Below are positions 1 to 13,061 of a stretch of DNA of 54,132 nt, piece by piece. The position numbers and the translations under genes were made by a program. Where the stretch lies: contig NC_068990.1 in the NCBI RefSeq assembly GCF_001194135.2, forward strand, positions 32,841,808-32,895,939, written 5' to 3'. How positions within the stretch are numbered: position 1 is the first letter of the stretch; the number at the start of each line of letters is the position of its first letter. The stretch is from Octopus bimaculoides (Eukaryota). A model generated the notes under the pieces. That model saw only the letters and a list, made by a program, of their open reading frames with translations, searched no databases and was not told the DNA's origin.

Positions 1-35
<35 letters not shown>

Positions 36-845
36 TTTCTTCTTTGGATCAAGTAAAGAAAAGAGGCAATAAAACCAGGAACTGCAGCAGAATAAATTAA
101 TATGGTAAGAGCAACAAAAGCAGAAGAGACAAGTTGTATTTGCTTTGGTAAAAATCAATCATCTGATTGGTTGCCATAGGAATAGGCCATTCCTCTGGGG
201 AAGAGGGGTGGGATTTGGTGTATTCATAGCGATCATGTGCAGTGGGTGTAAGCAAACGAATTGATATATAATAATTCAAACCTATACGAATATTTAGCTT
301 TATTTAAGTTTAGACTTTTTGTTGTGTCATTTTTACTGTTTGTTGTATTTGTTGTGTCCTTTTACATTTTGTTGTATTTGTTGATGTTGCTGTTGTTGTT
401 GTGGTATTGTTCTATTATAGCTGCATTTCTTGTTTATCATTTGTTTTTTTTTTGTGAGCATATTATATGTTAGGGTAGAATGTTTTACTGGTGGCTCTAA
501 GAATTGGTTTGTAGTAAAGATGTGTGTTAGAATGTACTTTTAATGTATATATGTGTGTGTGTGTGTGTGATGTAAATCCAACATGAACCAATAAAAAAAA
601 TATTATTTTCATACAATCCAATAAAAAAGTAACGATAAACATGTTCTAAATGTGATATACATACATACACACACACATACAAACACACACACACACACAG
701 AGAGAAAATATGTAAATCGCAAATAAAGCTACACAAAATATAAATAAAACAAGTCCATGAAAAACATGAAAAAAGTTGTAATAAAATATTTAAAAATATT
801 GTATAAAGCAAAGCATGATACTAAAACAGCTGTTATACAAATACA

Positions 846-901
<56 letters not shown>
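846..901. repeat. (AAT)n microsatellite
   Basis: Pure AAT array seen directly; it produces the poly-I/poly-L ORFs at 757-1024. Confidence 0.97.
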
Positions 902-902
<1 letters not shown>

Positions 903-939
903 GATAATAAGTGTAAAAGATAGGTTACAGCAAATATTC

Positions 940-1360
940 TGCTCAATGCTGCAGTTTTGCTTGCTAGTTGCTTGATCTTCACCAGTTGAGCTTGTTCTTT
1001 AATGGCTGACAATTTGTGCCTCATGAGCAGTAGTTTTTGGGGAATATCATGGCCATGTGTTGAGAGGAATTCTTCGGGTTTGAATGATTCACCTCTGGAA
1101 TCATGGGTGTTTCATTCATAACCCTTAAACAACCTTTATTCAGGGAGCTTTTGAGTGAGATGGGCTACTTGACTTGAAGAAAATTCTAACTGTGGGTCCC
1201 CACATGCAAGGTCATGCACTGATTATGTTACACTCATATGATTGTGATGCATGTGCCTGGTGTACCCTTATTGGATGGATAATCATGATGGGTACATTTG
1301 GATTTGTATATTTGCACCCCAGTGTCACCCTGATAGCATGTGCTACTCTCAATAATAATA

Positions 1361-1393
<33 letters not shown>

Positions 1394-1395
1394 TT
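940..1395 (+). mobile_element. Probable 3' end of a non-LTR retrotransposon, family unassigned, with (AAT)n(GAT)n tail
   Basis: GC-richer block that ends abruptly in a simple-repeat tail at 1351-1395. It resembles, by recollection only, an abundant octopus interspersed repeat. No intact ORF. Confidence 0.4.
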
Positions 1396-1699
1396 GATAA
1401 TATTTCTTTATAATTTTGGCACAAGGTCAGCAGTTTTGAGAGATGGGGGAAATCATTTCCAACAAATCCAGAGCTCATACTTGTTTTATTACCTCCAATA
1501 GGATGAAAGGCAAAGTCAACTTAGTAGAATTTGAACTCAGAATGTAAAGTTGGTAGAAAGGCTTTGAAACAATTTGTCTGGTGTGGTAACAATTCTACCA
1601 CCCATTTACTTAATGATAATAGAAATTTGTTTTGAGCGCTTTGACTGGCTCCTGTGCTGGTGGTATATAAAAACACCATCTAAACATGGTTCATGCCAG

Positions 1700-1965
1700 C
1701 CCCCTCTGGCTCCCATGCCAGTGGCACATAAAAGCACCTTCCAAATGTGGTCGATGCCAGCCATGACTGGTCCCTGTGCCGGTGGCACATAAAAAGCACT
1801 CACTACACTCTCGGAGTGGTTGGTGTTAGGAAGGACATCCATCTGTAGAAACACTGCCAGATCAGATTGGAGTCTGGTGCAGCCTCCTGGCTTCCCAGAC
1901 TCTCAGTCAAACAATCCAACCCATGCCAGCATGGAAAACGGACGTTAAACGATGATGATGATGAA
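1700..1965 (+). mobile_element. Short repeat family C (RTE-tail-like, ends in (GAT)n)
   Basis: Motifs 'ggagtggttggtgttaggaagg-catcc' and 'ccaacccatgccagcatggaaaacggacgttaaacgatgatg' recur at 5715-5925, 12894-13061, 35090-35320 and 50390-50650. Confidence 0.85.
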
Positions 1966-2864
1966 GACAGGAGATACATTTTTCTGTAAGAAGCAAACTG
2001 ACTGAAGAGAACCCTATTGAAAATAGTGGTATTTATGTGAAGGAGTTGACATTTAGCTATGGTAAGATTTGAACTTGTAACCTAGAGTAATAAGACAAAA
2101 TATGAGACAGCTGATATCATAGTTTAATTTGTTTAAAAACTGTTCTAAGTTAAAAAAAGTTTATTGCAAGAAGTGAAATTAATAAATTATGATAGAACAG
2201 AGAAATGGTAATATGACAAACAAGAGAAATATTAAACGGAAATATTATGAATAGTGACAAGAGATCATCACCATCACCATCATTATTATCATCATTGTAA
2301 TCATTTTTAACATCCACTTTTCCATGCTTGCATAAATTGGATGAAATTCACTGAGGCAGCTTTTCTATGGCTGGATGCTCTTCCTGTCACTAACACTCAC
2401 TGGTTTTCAAATGAAGTAATAGATAAAAATTAATACAGTTTTGTAATATTTCAAACTGTACAAGATAGCTTTCAACTCATAAATATACATCATTATTGTT
2501 TTGATGTCCACTTTTCCATGCTTGCATGGGTTGAATGGAATTCATTGAAGTGAATTTTCTATGGTTTCATGCCATGGCTGTCACCAACCCTCACCTGTTT
2601 CCAAATGAAGTGATATTTCCCCATGACTAGACATGTTTCCACAGAATATTAGAAATGAAGAACACTGCTTGTATGATTGTAACACTCATTTACAACTATC
2701 ATGTGATGTCAAGGCAATGCGACAATAACATACACACAAAATCACACACATGCATATACATATACAGGATAGGCTTCTTTAGTTTCCATCTGCTAAATTC
2801 ACTCACAAGGGTCTGGTTAGCCCAGTGCTACATGGTAATTAAATCATTAATATATAATGATTTA

Positions 2865-3189
2865 GTAAAAGCATGTGGCTTAGTGGTTAGGGTATTCGGT
2901 TCATGATCGTAAGTTCTTAAGTTCAATTCCTGGTGATGCGTTGTGCCCTTGAGCAAGACACTTTGTTTCTCATTGCTCCGGTTCACTCAGCTGGTGAAAA
3001 TGAGTAGTACCTGTATTTCAAAGGGCTAGCCTTGTCACTCTCTGTGTCACACTGAATCTCCCTCAGAACTACGTTAAGTGTACACATGTCTGCGGAGGGC
3101 TCAACCACTTTCCCATTAATTCCACAAGCAGGCTGTTCCATTGATCAGATCAGCTAGAACCCTCATTGTCATAACCAACTGAGTGCCAG
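2865..3189 (+). mobile_element. tRNA-derived SINE (family D) with 14-bp target-site duplication
   Basis: A-box-like tggcttagtgg, B-box-like gttcaattcc (2921-2930); TSD tatataatgattta at 2851-2864 and 3190-3203; related copy at 33473-33790. Confidence 0.85.
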
Positions 3190-3542
3190 TATATAATGAT
3201 TTAATGAAATAGAATATAAAACTTCTATTAATAAAATATTTCCTTACAAACTTTGTATGAAGGATAACAGATTTATAAGAGAGTACAGCATAATAAATGT
3301 TCATCTGAAATGTCTTAAATATATCCAATTGTGAAATAACAGAGAATGAAACATTGGAAAGAGTTTATTTCTTACAAGGACACAAAACCATTTTTATGTG
3401 AGAAAGATACAGATAGTGGGACTGATATTATTGTTGCCAATATATTGACCATAAGAGCAAAGTTAAATTAAGGTCGACAGATGCCTTAAGCAGAGCCCAA
3501 CAATGGTGACACCTTGACTCAACCATTGTCTAAATGACAAAG

Positions 3543-4095
3543 CATCATCATAATCATCATCATTTAATGTCTGTTTTCCATGCTGGCATGAGTTGGACAG
3601 TTTGACAGAAGCTGGCCAGTTGGAAAGCTGCCTGGGCTCCATGTCTGTTTCTCCATGGTATCTACAGCTAGACACCCTCCCCAATGTCAACCATTTCACA
3701 GAGTGTACTGGGTGCTTTTACTCAGCGTTGGCATGGGTGCTTTCTATGTGGCACCAATACCCCTGAGCCTGCAAGATTAGGAATGCTTAATTGAAAAGGG
3801 ATGCAAGGGACATGGCTGTATGCAAGGAAAACCATGTATTTACTTAACTTCATGTGTCTTCTCTAGCACAACAAACTGCCATGAGTCTTGGTCCCTTCTC
3901 ATCCCCTCTGTGAGTCCCAACATCTGAAGATCCTTTCTCACCACTTCATCCTGCCTCTTCCTGAGTCTACCTCTTCCACATTTTCCCTCCACAATTAGAG
4001 CTTGGCACTTCCTGATGCAACTGTCTTCATTCATATGCATTACATGACCATACCAGTGCAGTTTTCTCTCTTGCACACTACATCTGATGCTATTC
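3543..4095 (-). mobile_element. RTE-clade LINE 3' fragment (ORF C-terminus, 3' UTR and (GAT)n tail)
   Basis: ORF 3840-4151 contains IRCSVQERKLHWYGHVMHMNEDSCIRKC...GKCGRGRLRK...DEVVRKDLQMLGL, the RLRWxGHVxRM / RGRPRKTW pattern typical of RTE ORF C-termini. Confidence 0.88.
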
Positions 4096-4954
4096 ACATA
4101 TAATAAGATGGGCTGAATGCATAAGACAATGAATAAAAACACAGTTTTCATTCAGTTCAGACACCACAACTATATCAAATACAACCTATTTTTGTCAATT
4201 TATTTATTTAACATTGTACCATTTACAACATGGTAAATCAGTCACAGGAAACAAAACAAAAAACAAAACAACTCTGTGGTGGTCTTCTGTTGGTGCCTTC
4301 TGCCTGTATTGATATTACAGAATAATTAATCTGGGCCTACTTAAGAACTGTCAATGAAATGGTAATGAAAGAAATGTCTTATAATAATTAGCTATGTCTT
4401 TTTATATTCAGGATTAAAATCTGTATAGGATAGGCTTAACTGTGCAGAGATAAGCACAGGGGCCTTGTGATGTTTTTTAAAACAAATCATGATGGAATCT
4501 CAAACACCAATACATTAAAAATGAAGTTGACTCTGGTAGAATTTGATTGAACACCCCCTCCAACTTTCCCCTCTCATCATTGAGTGTTGAGACTATAAAT
4601 TGTTATACATCCAGTCTTGAGAATAAAGTAATTAACTAAAATAAATCAATTAATTCTAACTGCACACAACAAGATGTCGCCAGAAAAGTTAAACAATGAC
4701 CTCAGCAATCACAAATCACTAAAAATATCATTCTGTTGCAGAGAATCATCCAATACTTTGTATGATTATGGAACCTCTGTAAAAATACACAAAGCAATCA
4801 AACATCAATTAATCAAATACTGAATCTATAAAGTAAAAACATTTTACAATTGAAGCTTAAAGTAAGATGAAGTTTCGACTACAGTATTTCAATATAATGT
4901 GCCTTGTCACAATTTCTGTTATTTGTCTTATCTCTAGTCATCTATTATTTTGTA

Positions 4955-5344
4955 TCTTTTGCTTGTTTCAGTCATTAGACTGTGGCCATGCTGGGGCACC
5001 ACTTTGAAAAACTTTTAGTCGAATGAATTAACCCAAGTACTTATACTTTTTTAAACATGGTACTTATTCAATTGATCTTTTTTGCTGAACTGCTAATGGG
5101 GATGTAAACACACCAACACCAATTGTCAGGAGGTGGTAGGGGACAAACACAGACAGAAACACACGATATATATATATACACACACACAACAGGTCTCTTT
5201 GAGTTTCTGTCTACCAATTCCATTCACCAGACTTTAATTGGCTTGAGGCTATAATAGAAGACCTTTGTCTAAAGTGACACATGGTGAGACTGAACTTGGA
5301 ACTATTTGGTTAGGAAGCAAGCTTCTTACCACACAGCCATGCCT
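4955..5344 (-). mobile_element. tRNA-derived SINE family B, full length, diverged
   Basis: Reverse complement of the 19633-20034 copy (head ggctgtgtggtaagaagcttgcttcc, tail gactgaaacaag). Confidence 0.85.
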
Positions 5345-5714
5345 GTATCTATGAAGTTATCTTTATTTTTATGCATCTTCTAACTAGGTTTGGATCCAAA
5401 ACTTTTATTCCTACAATGATGTGGCATGCATGGAAGTTTATTTCACAAATGAAGTTAGCATATACATATGTATACATTAATATATCTTGCCATAATGTAC
5501 TATAGAATATATATATATATAAGGTCTACAGCTGGATGACCTTCTTAATGCTAACGACTCCAAGAGTGTAATGGGTGCTTTTACATGCCACTGGCATGGG
5601 TGCTATTTGTGTGATACCAGTATCTTCCATGACTATAATTTCACTTGGATTGATGGGTCTTTTTTCTCATCAAGCCAAGTGAAATTGTTTGTAGTTGTGG
5701 CAGATACTGGTGTC

Positions 5715-5925
5715 AAGCAAATGGCACCTGTGCCAGTTGCCACTCTTGGAGTGGTTGGCGTTAGGAATGGCATCCAGCCATAGATATCATGCCAAATCAG
5801 ACTAGAGTCTGGTACAGCCTTCCAGCTTGCCATCCCTGGTCAAACCGTCCAACCCATGCTAGCATGGACAACAGATGTTAAATGACGATGAGGATGACGA
5901 TGATGATGATGATGATGATGATTTA
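5715..5925 (+). mobile_element. Short repeat family C
   Basis: Same motifs and (GAT)n tail as 1700-1965. Confidence 0.85.
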
Positions 5926-6599
5926 CTATACATTTTAGTAATAAAATGAAACACTGTGTGTCTCTACTTGTGCTTTACAAAAGTTGCGGTCTATGTGTGG
6001 TATTGTTATCCTTTCTCCTCTCGTCAAACCATCTAATCACTTTCCATCTTCAAAGGCATGTGAAATAAGAGACCCCTTTATTGAAAATTAGGTAACAGTT
6101 AGGGACAGGAAGGGAATCCACTCATGAAAATATGACTCAGTAATATATGAATATATTCATCTAACCCATGCCAGCATGGAAAACGGACTTAAAATGAATG
6201 AACAAGATGTGAGAGAGAAAGAGAGTGGGGGAGAGAGATTATATCATCAAAAACATATATTTTAGAACTAACAATAAATCATCTAAAATTTCCATCATGT
6301 AGACATGTTAAACAAAGTCTGTACAACCATATAAAAAAGCCAACAACATCTTAAATAAGAGGAATATATCCAATAAGGACACAGCATACGACTAAATAGA
6401 TATAACAAACAACAAGATAATAAGTAAAATAATAAATCATTACAACACAGAAATACCATTATCAAAGTTATGATTTATTATTATTACTATTAGCAATGTC
6501 ATGTTGCTGATAATTGTATATTCATGTGCGTGTGACTGATTGTATATGCATACATAAATACACACATACTTATCTATTTACCTATCTTATATACACACA

Positions 6600-6630
6600 C
6601 ATGTATATATATACACACATATACATACAT

Positions 6631-6716
<86 letters not shown>

Positions 6717-6730
6717 ATACCTACACACAC
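6600..6730. repeat. Compound (TA)/(CA)n/(TG)n microsatellite
   Basis: Seen directly; explains ORFs 6514-6887. Confidence 0.95.
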
Positions 6731-6941
6731 ATATGAGTGTGTGTTTATACAGAGAGACAGAGAGAATGAGAGAGATAATATAATTTCCAGCGTACAAGTC
6801 AACTTTTTCAGAAGAGAATTTACAGCCAAAAAAGGTAGATTGACTTATACATCAAGACAACATAGGAAGACCAAAAATTCCATGTGAAATGCAGCAGGAT
6901 TTTTAAATATGTTGATAATGTCTGAAGGTTTACATTATATA

Positions 6942-7840
6942 TTGGGTCATTCCATGAATAATGAGGGATTTTAATTGCATGCACTAAAAATCGGAGGAAT
7001 AAACCTACTTCAACTTGCTATAAAAGCAGGTAGTAATTTTACCTTGTACTTATTCTTAGTGCAACTTTCGAAGAGTGCAGTTCAATTTTAACAGTTATTT
7101 TTTCAAAGCTATAATGGAAGTGACAAAAGAGCATATTCAGCATGTTTTGTCTTATGAGTTCAATAAAGACAACAATGCAACGGAAAGTGTGAGGAATATT
7201 AATGCAGTATATGGGGATTGGACAATAAGCATAAGCCAGTGTAAACGGTGGTTCCAGAAATTCTGAGCTGGAAACTACAGCCGAGATCTGTAGAACTCGA
7301 CGAGGACATCCTGCAAAACCTGATGGAACAAAATCCCACCGTAACTGTTGAGGAACTAGCAGAGAAGCTTGGATTTAGTCATTCAACCATTCATTGACAT
7401 TGCATAGCATCAGAAAAGTCAGCAAATTGGGTCAATGGGTTCCTCAAAAACTTTCCGAGTCTAATTGCTCGTAGAGAGCGAATGTGTGCTCTTCTTTGCT
7501 GTCATGTCTCACGAAAGAACTTTTTTGGACTGAATTGTGACTAGTGACAAGAAATGGGTTCTCTATAAAAATGTCAAGTGTAGTGGGTAGGGAATGGAGA
7601 AATGCTGGCACCCCAGGCTAAAGACGGTCTTCACCCATGTAAAGTATTGTTATCTGTTTGGTGGGATATGAAAGGTTTAGTCCACTTTGAACTTTTAAAC
7701 CCAAACCAAATGATAACAAAGGAGATCTACTGTGAGCAGCTTGAACAGATTAAATCAGCACTAGAAGAAAAATGACCACTTTTGGTTTCAAGACGAAAGG
7801 TGTTCTTCCATTAGGATAATGCTCGGCCACATACAGCATG
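6942..7840 (+). mobile_element. Mariner DNA transposon, 3'-truncated, transposase pseudogene
   Basis: TA then TIR ttgggtcattccatgaataatg. Translation across frameshifts and stops gives MEVTKEHIQHVLSYEFNKDNNATES...RWFQKF (HTH), KLGQWVPQKL (WVPHEL-like), IVTSDKKWVLY (GDEKW-like), KVLLSVWWD and DNARPHTA. It ends before YSPDL. Confidence 0.95.
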
Positions 7841-9071
7841 AATAAAGGACTGGATTGTCATGGCAAGAATGTATGTGGTTATATGTTGTGTTGATCAAAC
7901 TTGACCTAGTGCGAACCTCCTCCATCCCTGCCATTATGTAAAATAAGGTGTATAAACAAATTCTCATCAATGCTGTGAAGTAAGGATGTGCTTGCAGCAA
8001 TCTGAATCTGGAACACGGTTCCTGTTTGTTGTTGAAACACTTTGTTCCTTTCTTGAGCTGATCAACTGGTGCATTGAGAAACGATCTATTTTTGATAGGA
8101 ACTTGACTTATTAAAGGTTTTGGAACAATCTTATAACATAGACGGTTGGTTAATTACAAATGTATTAGTTATATACTTTTATCAGTTGCAAAAGAATGAA
8201 AAGATAGTTTGTTTTGGAGTTCAGTGTGTGTGTGTGGAACTCAAAGCAGTATTGTTCCAAATTAGATACTCAAAAGAGTCTGATTAAACCAACTTCTCTG
8301 CTTTGATTCAATCAACATAGAGTGTAACTCACACAAAAGATGACAAAAGAAAAACCCAGGGTTCAATAAAAGCAGTTGTTATATTAATGCAGCAGAATTG
8401 TAAGACAGGTTGTGCACTAGGAGCTGCAATGAAAATATACCCTTATCATTGTATGATTACAATATTGTTCCTCATCTTTAGTCAGTAGACATAAGCGATT
8501 TATGGTCACATGTGAATCTATTTATTTTCAGACCAATTCTTCTTTCTTGTAAAATGGTGAAACATAGAAACACAGTTTGATGGTGAAGATAATCAACGAC
8601 TGATTCGTGACATAGCCAAGAGCTAGCTTACTCACCAGCAAAGCTAGTGAGATAATAGCAACATGAAAAGCTCTTTGTACATTAAATCACTACAGAAAAG
8701 ATAGAGAACTACAGAGGTGTTTCTATCGAAAACTAAGAGAAAATAACAGCAACAACAACAAAAGCAACAATAACAAAAACACGTTTTACAACAACTATGA
8801 CAACAAAAGCAATGTATATATAAAATGTTTCTGTGGAAAGATGCTGCATAATTTATGTATTAGAAGAATAGGGAAATTATTCAAGAACACAAACATTACA
8901 TAGAAGAAATGAAAATCTTGAAATAGCAGTAGTTGTGGTGCTAACATTGCTACTGGTACCATTCGGAATAATAATGGAACTTCACAGAGATCTATGATTC
9001 TCCCCTTTGATGAACAGATGCATACACGCATAATCATTTGTGTACACAAACATATGCTTATATATACATGC

Positions 9072-9120
<49 letters not shown>

Positions 9121-12100
9121 TACATATGTATTCATGTGATTACACACACACTCATATAAATATCATCATCATCTCTATATACAACTTTCTCTGTGTTGAC
9201 ATGTGTTACATGAAGCTTTGCCAAAGCAGTATTCTATGGCTAGATGTCCTTCCAGTCATCAATCCTTTTTTTAAAACAAGGTACGTAGTTCCCTAGTCTC
9301 TCACACGATAAAACCACACAAAAGTCGTGCATGTTTCTATTAGGTGCAAACACCGACAAACCTCAGTTTTGGTATTGGTTTACACTCTAAAGATGCAAGG
9401 TATAAATCAAGAGCCAGATGAGTATGTCACCAGCCACAAACTAAGAACTTTATCACCGGTGTATTTATTTCTCATTTACTTAATACTGCCATAAAGCAAG
9501 AGATAATCTCTGGCTATAAGAAATCCCACTGAGATTTAGAAGATATGCTTATAATTTATTTACTTTATATAAACATACATGTGTGTGTGTGTGTGTGTGT
9601 GCACATGTGTGTTTGAGGTGCAGGCTTGGCTGTATGGATAAAAAGTCCTGGGTTCAGTTCCCGTTGCTTTACATTATGAGGAAGTGTCTTCTACTATAGT
9701 CTCAGAGCCTTGTGAGTGGACTTAATACATAGAAACTGAAAGTAGTCAGTTCCATGCACACACACACACACACATATATATAGAGTTACAGACACACAGA
9801 TGCACACACATACGTTTATACATATATCTAAGACCTACATTAATTAAGTTTGACCATGTATCTCAAATTGTATGGGCAATCTTTGGGAAAGTTTATTTTG
9901 TGAAATACTGGCAATTGCCTATTTATGAAAGTCTTCTCTCTGTGTGACAATCGTTGTCCAAAGGAAAGGGAAGGCAAGACCCAAAATAGTTTGTCTGAAT
10001 TGCTGTCAGAATATTAAGGGCCATATTAGATACTGTAAGGGTTCCCATCAAACTGTTTGACAGTTCTGCCAAGCCACAAACATGGATTGGAACTTGTTTT
10101 ATTGACTCCAAAAGGATGAAAGCTAAAGTTGACTTTGGTGAGATTTGAACTCCGAGCTCAAAGAATCAAAACAAATACTGAAAGGCATTCTATCCAACAC
10201 TAACAATTCCACAAATTTACCTAATAGGTATGCTGTGGATAAAAGGTAGTTCAATACATGAATGTAAAGTCTATGATATCTTTATCAGTTTAGCTGAAGA
10301 CTCCCTCAACTGATATTGCTACTAATAGTTCCACCCATCAGTGCCTCTTTCCCTAATGTTTTTCTTTATCTAACCCCAGTTGTTTAAGATCAACATGGCA
10401 ATAAACATTTTTGATATTGTATTTGGATTATGAATTTCTATTGGCTGTTCTCTGTAATTATTATCTCAATGTTTGTTTCTGAGTATGTGTTCAACTACTT
10501 TTGTATATAAATATATATATGTACATGTGTGTTTCTCTGTAGTTTTTAAAATATGCATGTTCCAATATGGTATCATATTTCTTATAACTATTCAACACAA
10601 CAGGGTATGTAATATATAGATGTGTGCTGATATAAATGTATCAATTTATTGTTATGGTATGTAAGTATGGATATATTTGTCATTCAAACTGTAGGTATGA
10701 ACGTTCAGTTTATAAAGGGAAATTATTCTAATCCTCCTGTTGCATTACTTATAGAAAATAATAAAACAGTGGTTATGTTTTTTGTACTTGAGTTAACTAA
10801 GTCTAACTCAGTATCTTTTGAATTTCTCTTCTCTAAAATTAAACTTACCTCACTGCAACTCTGTGCTCGTTTTCTCAAGTGAACATAAAATTTTCAAAAT
10901 GCTAAAATATTTTTAAACCCATTATCTTCTGAAACAAATAATAGCAAATCAACCAACCAACTCACCCATCCATCCATATACATTCATCTACCATCTCTGA
11001 TTCACCCAATCTTATGTTTCCATTATTCACATAAATACCCATTCTTGGTCCTCTAACATTATTCCCCTTTTTAATTTTATATTTTATTGTTTTCCTCATA
11101 TAGTATTTTTATATCTGTACATTAATCTGTTGTTTTCCTTATGATTATATCCATCTTGCAACTAATATATGTTGTATCTATTTATTGTTATTATAGCTAT
11201 ATGCTCCATTATGGCACACATCTTTATATATTTTATACTCAATGTTCACAAATCGTTCTACTTCCTGACCCATTTTATCCAGATTTATTAATATTTTTTG
11301 TTACATCTAATATTTTTCTTTTTCCCCTGTTTTGAATTCTTTAGTTTTTATTTTTTTTAATTCATTTTTTTATTTTTCCTATTTATATTCTTATTTCTAT
11401 CATTAAGGTTTATCAAATTTTTAATCTATTTTTCATATCTTTATTTTACATATATTTTTTAATATTTTCTATATATTTGGATTTAATTTTTATTTTCAAT
11501 AATTTATTTATTTATATTTTATTTAATTACCCACTTTGCTATGCATATTTTTTATTTATAACTTATTTTTGATTTCTCGATTCATTTTAGTAGCATTTAC
11601 TAGCCATCCATTATGTACAAAACCCTAGAATTAATCATACATTATGTCTTAAACTCTAGTTAATAAATCTTGTTATTAACATTATCAATTCCGTCACAGT
11701 TATCTGTGCCATTCATCCCTTAGGGATTAATAAAATAAATACCAATTGAACACTGAAGTTGATGTAATCGACTTCCCCCTCCCTTCAGAATAGCCGGCTT
11801 CGTGTCTATAATAGAAAGCATTATTAACCCTACCAATTTTATTTCATTGAATTTTGTATCTTTCAGTTCCACATTTCTACTTTTCTAACTTACGATTAAT
11901 ATTTTGAAGGTTGCTATTTTTAGGTATTTCCAACTCTACCTCCACCATTAATCATTAACCATCTATCATTGACCATTTATCATTTACCTTTAAACATGCA
12001 CCATGTATCACTTATCACTTAGAACTTAGATTTCTATGATTTACTTTCAACAAACTCTACTTTTACATTATTTACTGATTTAATCACCTTTAATTCCATA

Positions 12101-12893
12101 TATTTCAAACTGCCCTCCCATATTCCACACCTTAATTTTCTTTTATATTACATTTCAAACCACCAAGTCTATTGTTTGGCTCTCTTTATTTAATATTTGG
12201 TATCTGATATTAGATATCTGACACTTTGTTACTCTTCTTTCAGTCATTTTATATAATTATTGTACATATATGATCTATATATTGCTCAGAATATTTCAAA
12301 TATATCATATCAGACTGTATTTTCTTCGTATTTTCATTTGTTATAGCATATATTTTCCATTATATTAGTTCCTCTATACATCTCTATTTTACATTTCCAA
12401 TTTATATGACCAAGTCTTTCAAATTTTTGCACAACTTTTTTTCACATTTTCCAAGTAGTTCCAAATACAACATACATGACATCAATTCATCTTAACACAC
12501 TGATATCTTGGCTTACATTCAAACACTTGAAACACAAATCTCCTCCCACCTTTTCCACTATATTTCTCACTAAAAACCTAACTATATTCATGTGTGTGTG
12601 CACACGTGTGTGTGAGTACATGTGTGTGTATGTCTGTACATGTATATATATGTGTGTGTGTATATAACTTCAATAATGAATCAGAAGCAGTGCTAGTGTT
12701 GTAAACATTATCAGCTGCACATACACAATGTATGTGTTTTTCTTGTTTGTTGTTATGCTGTGATTTAATGTGGTGGGGATGACTCCCTCAGAACACTGGG
12801 TGTTAAAACACCTGAGAGTCATACACAGAAGAGACAAGTTTCCTCTAATCTCTATGTGTGTGTGTTTATATATATATATATATATATATATAT

Positions 12894-13061
12894 CATCATC
12901 ATCATCATCATCATCATCGTTTAACGTCCGCTTTCCATGCTAGCATGGGTTGGACGATTTGACTGAGGACTGGTGAAACCGGATGGCAACACCAGGCTCC
13001 AATCTAATTTGGCAGAGTTTCTACAGCTGGATGCCCTTCCTAACGCCAACCACTCAGAGAG
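12894..13061 (-). mobile_element. Short repeat family C, CpG-retaining (young) 5'-truncated copy
   Basis: (ATC)n tail, then gtttaacgtccgctttccatgctagcatgggttggacg...gcccttcctaacgccaaccact. Confidence 0.9.

Noticed and set aside
197-218. G-quadruplex ggggaagaggggtgggatttgg
   Set aside because: The fourth tract has only two G; at best a weak two-tier structure with no supporting context.
2865-2950. tRNA genes (also 19633, 29424, 34250)
   Set aside because: A/B-box-like heads continue into repeat bodies and tails, some with TSDs, and give no full cloverleaf; these are SINE heads.
6514-6887. ORFs rich in [20 protein letters not shown] (also 8.8, 13.8, 26.2, 30.0, 37.4, 39.1, 51.5 kb)
   Set aside because: Translations of dinucleotide microsatellites, not proteins.
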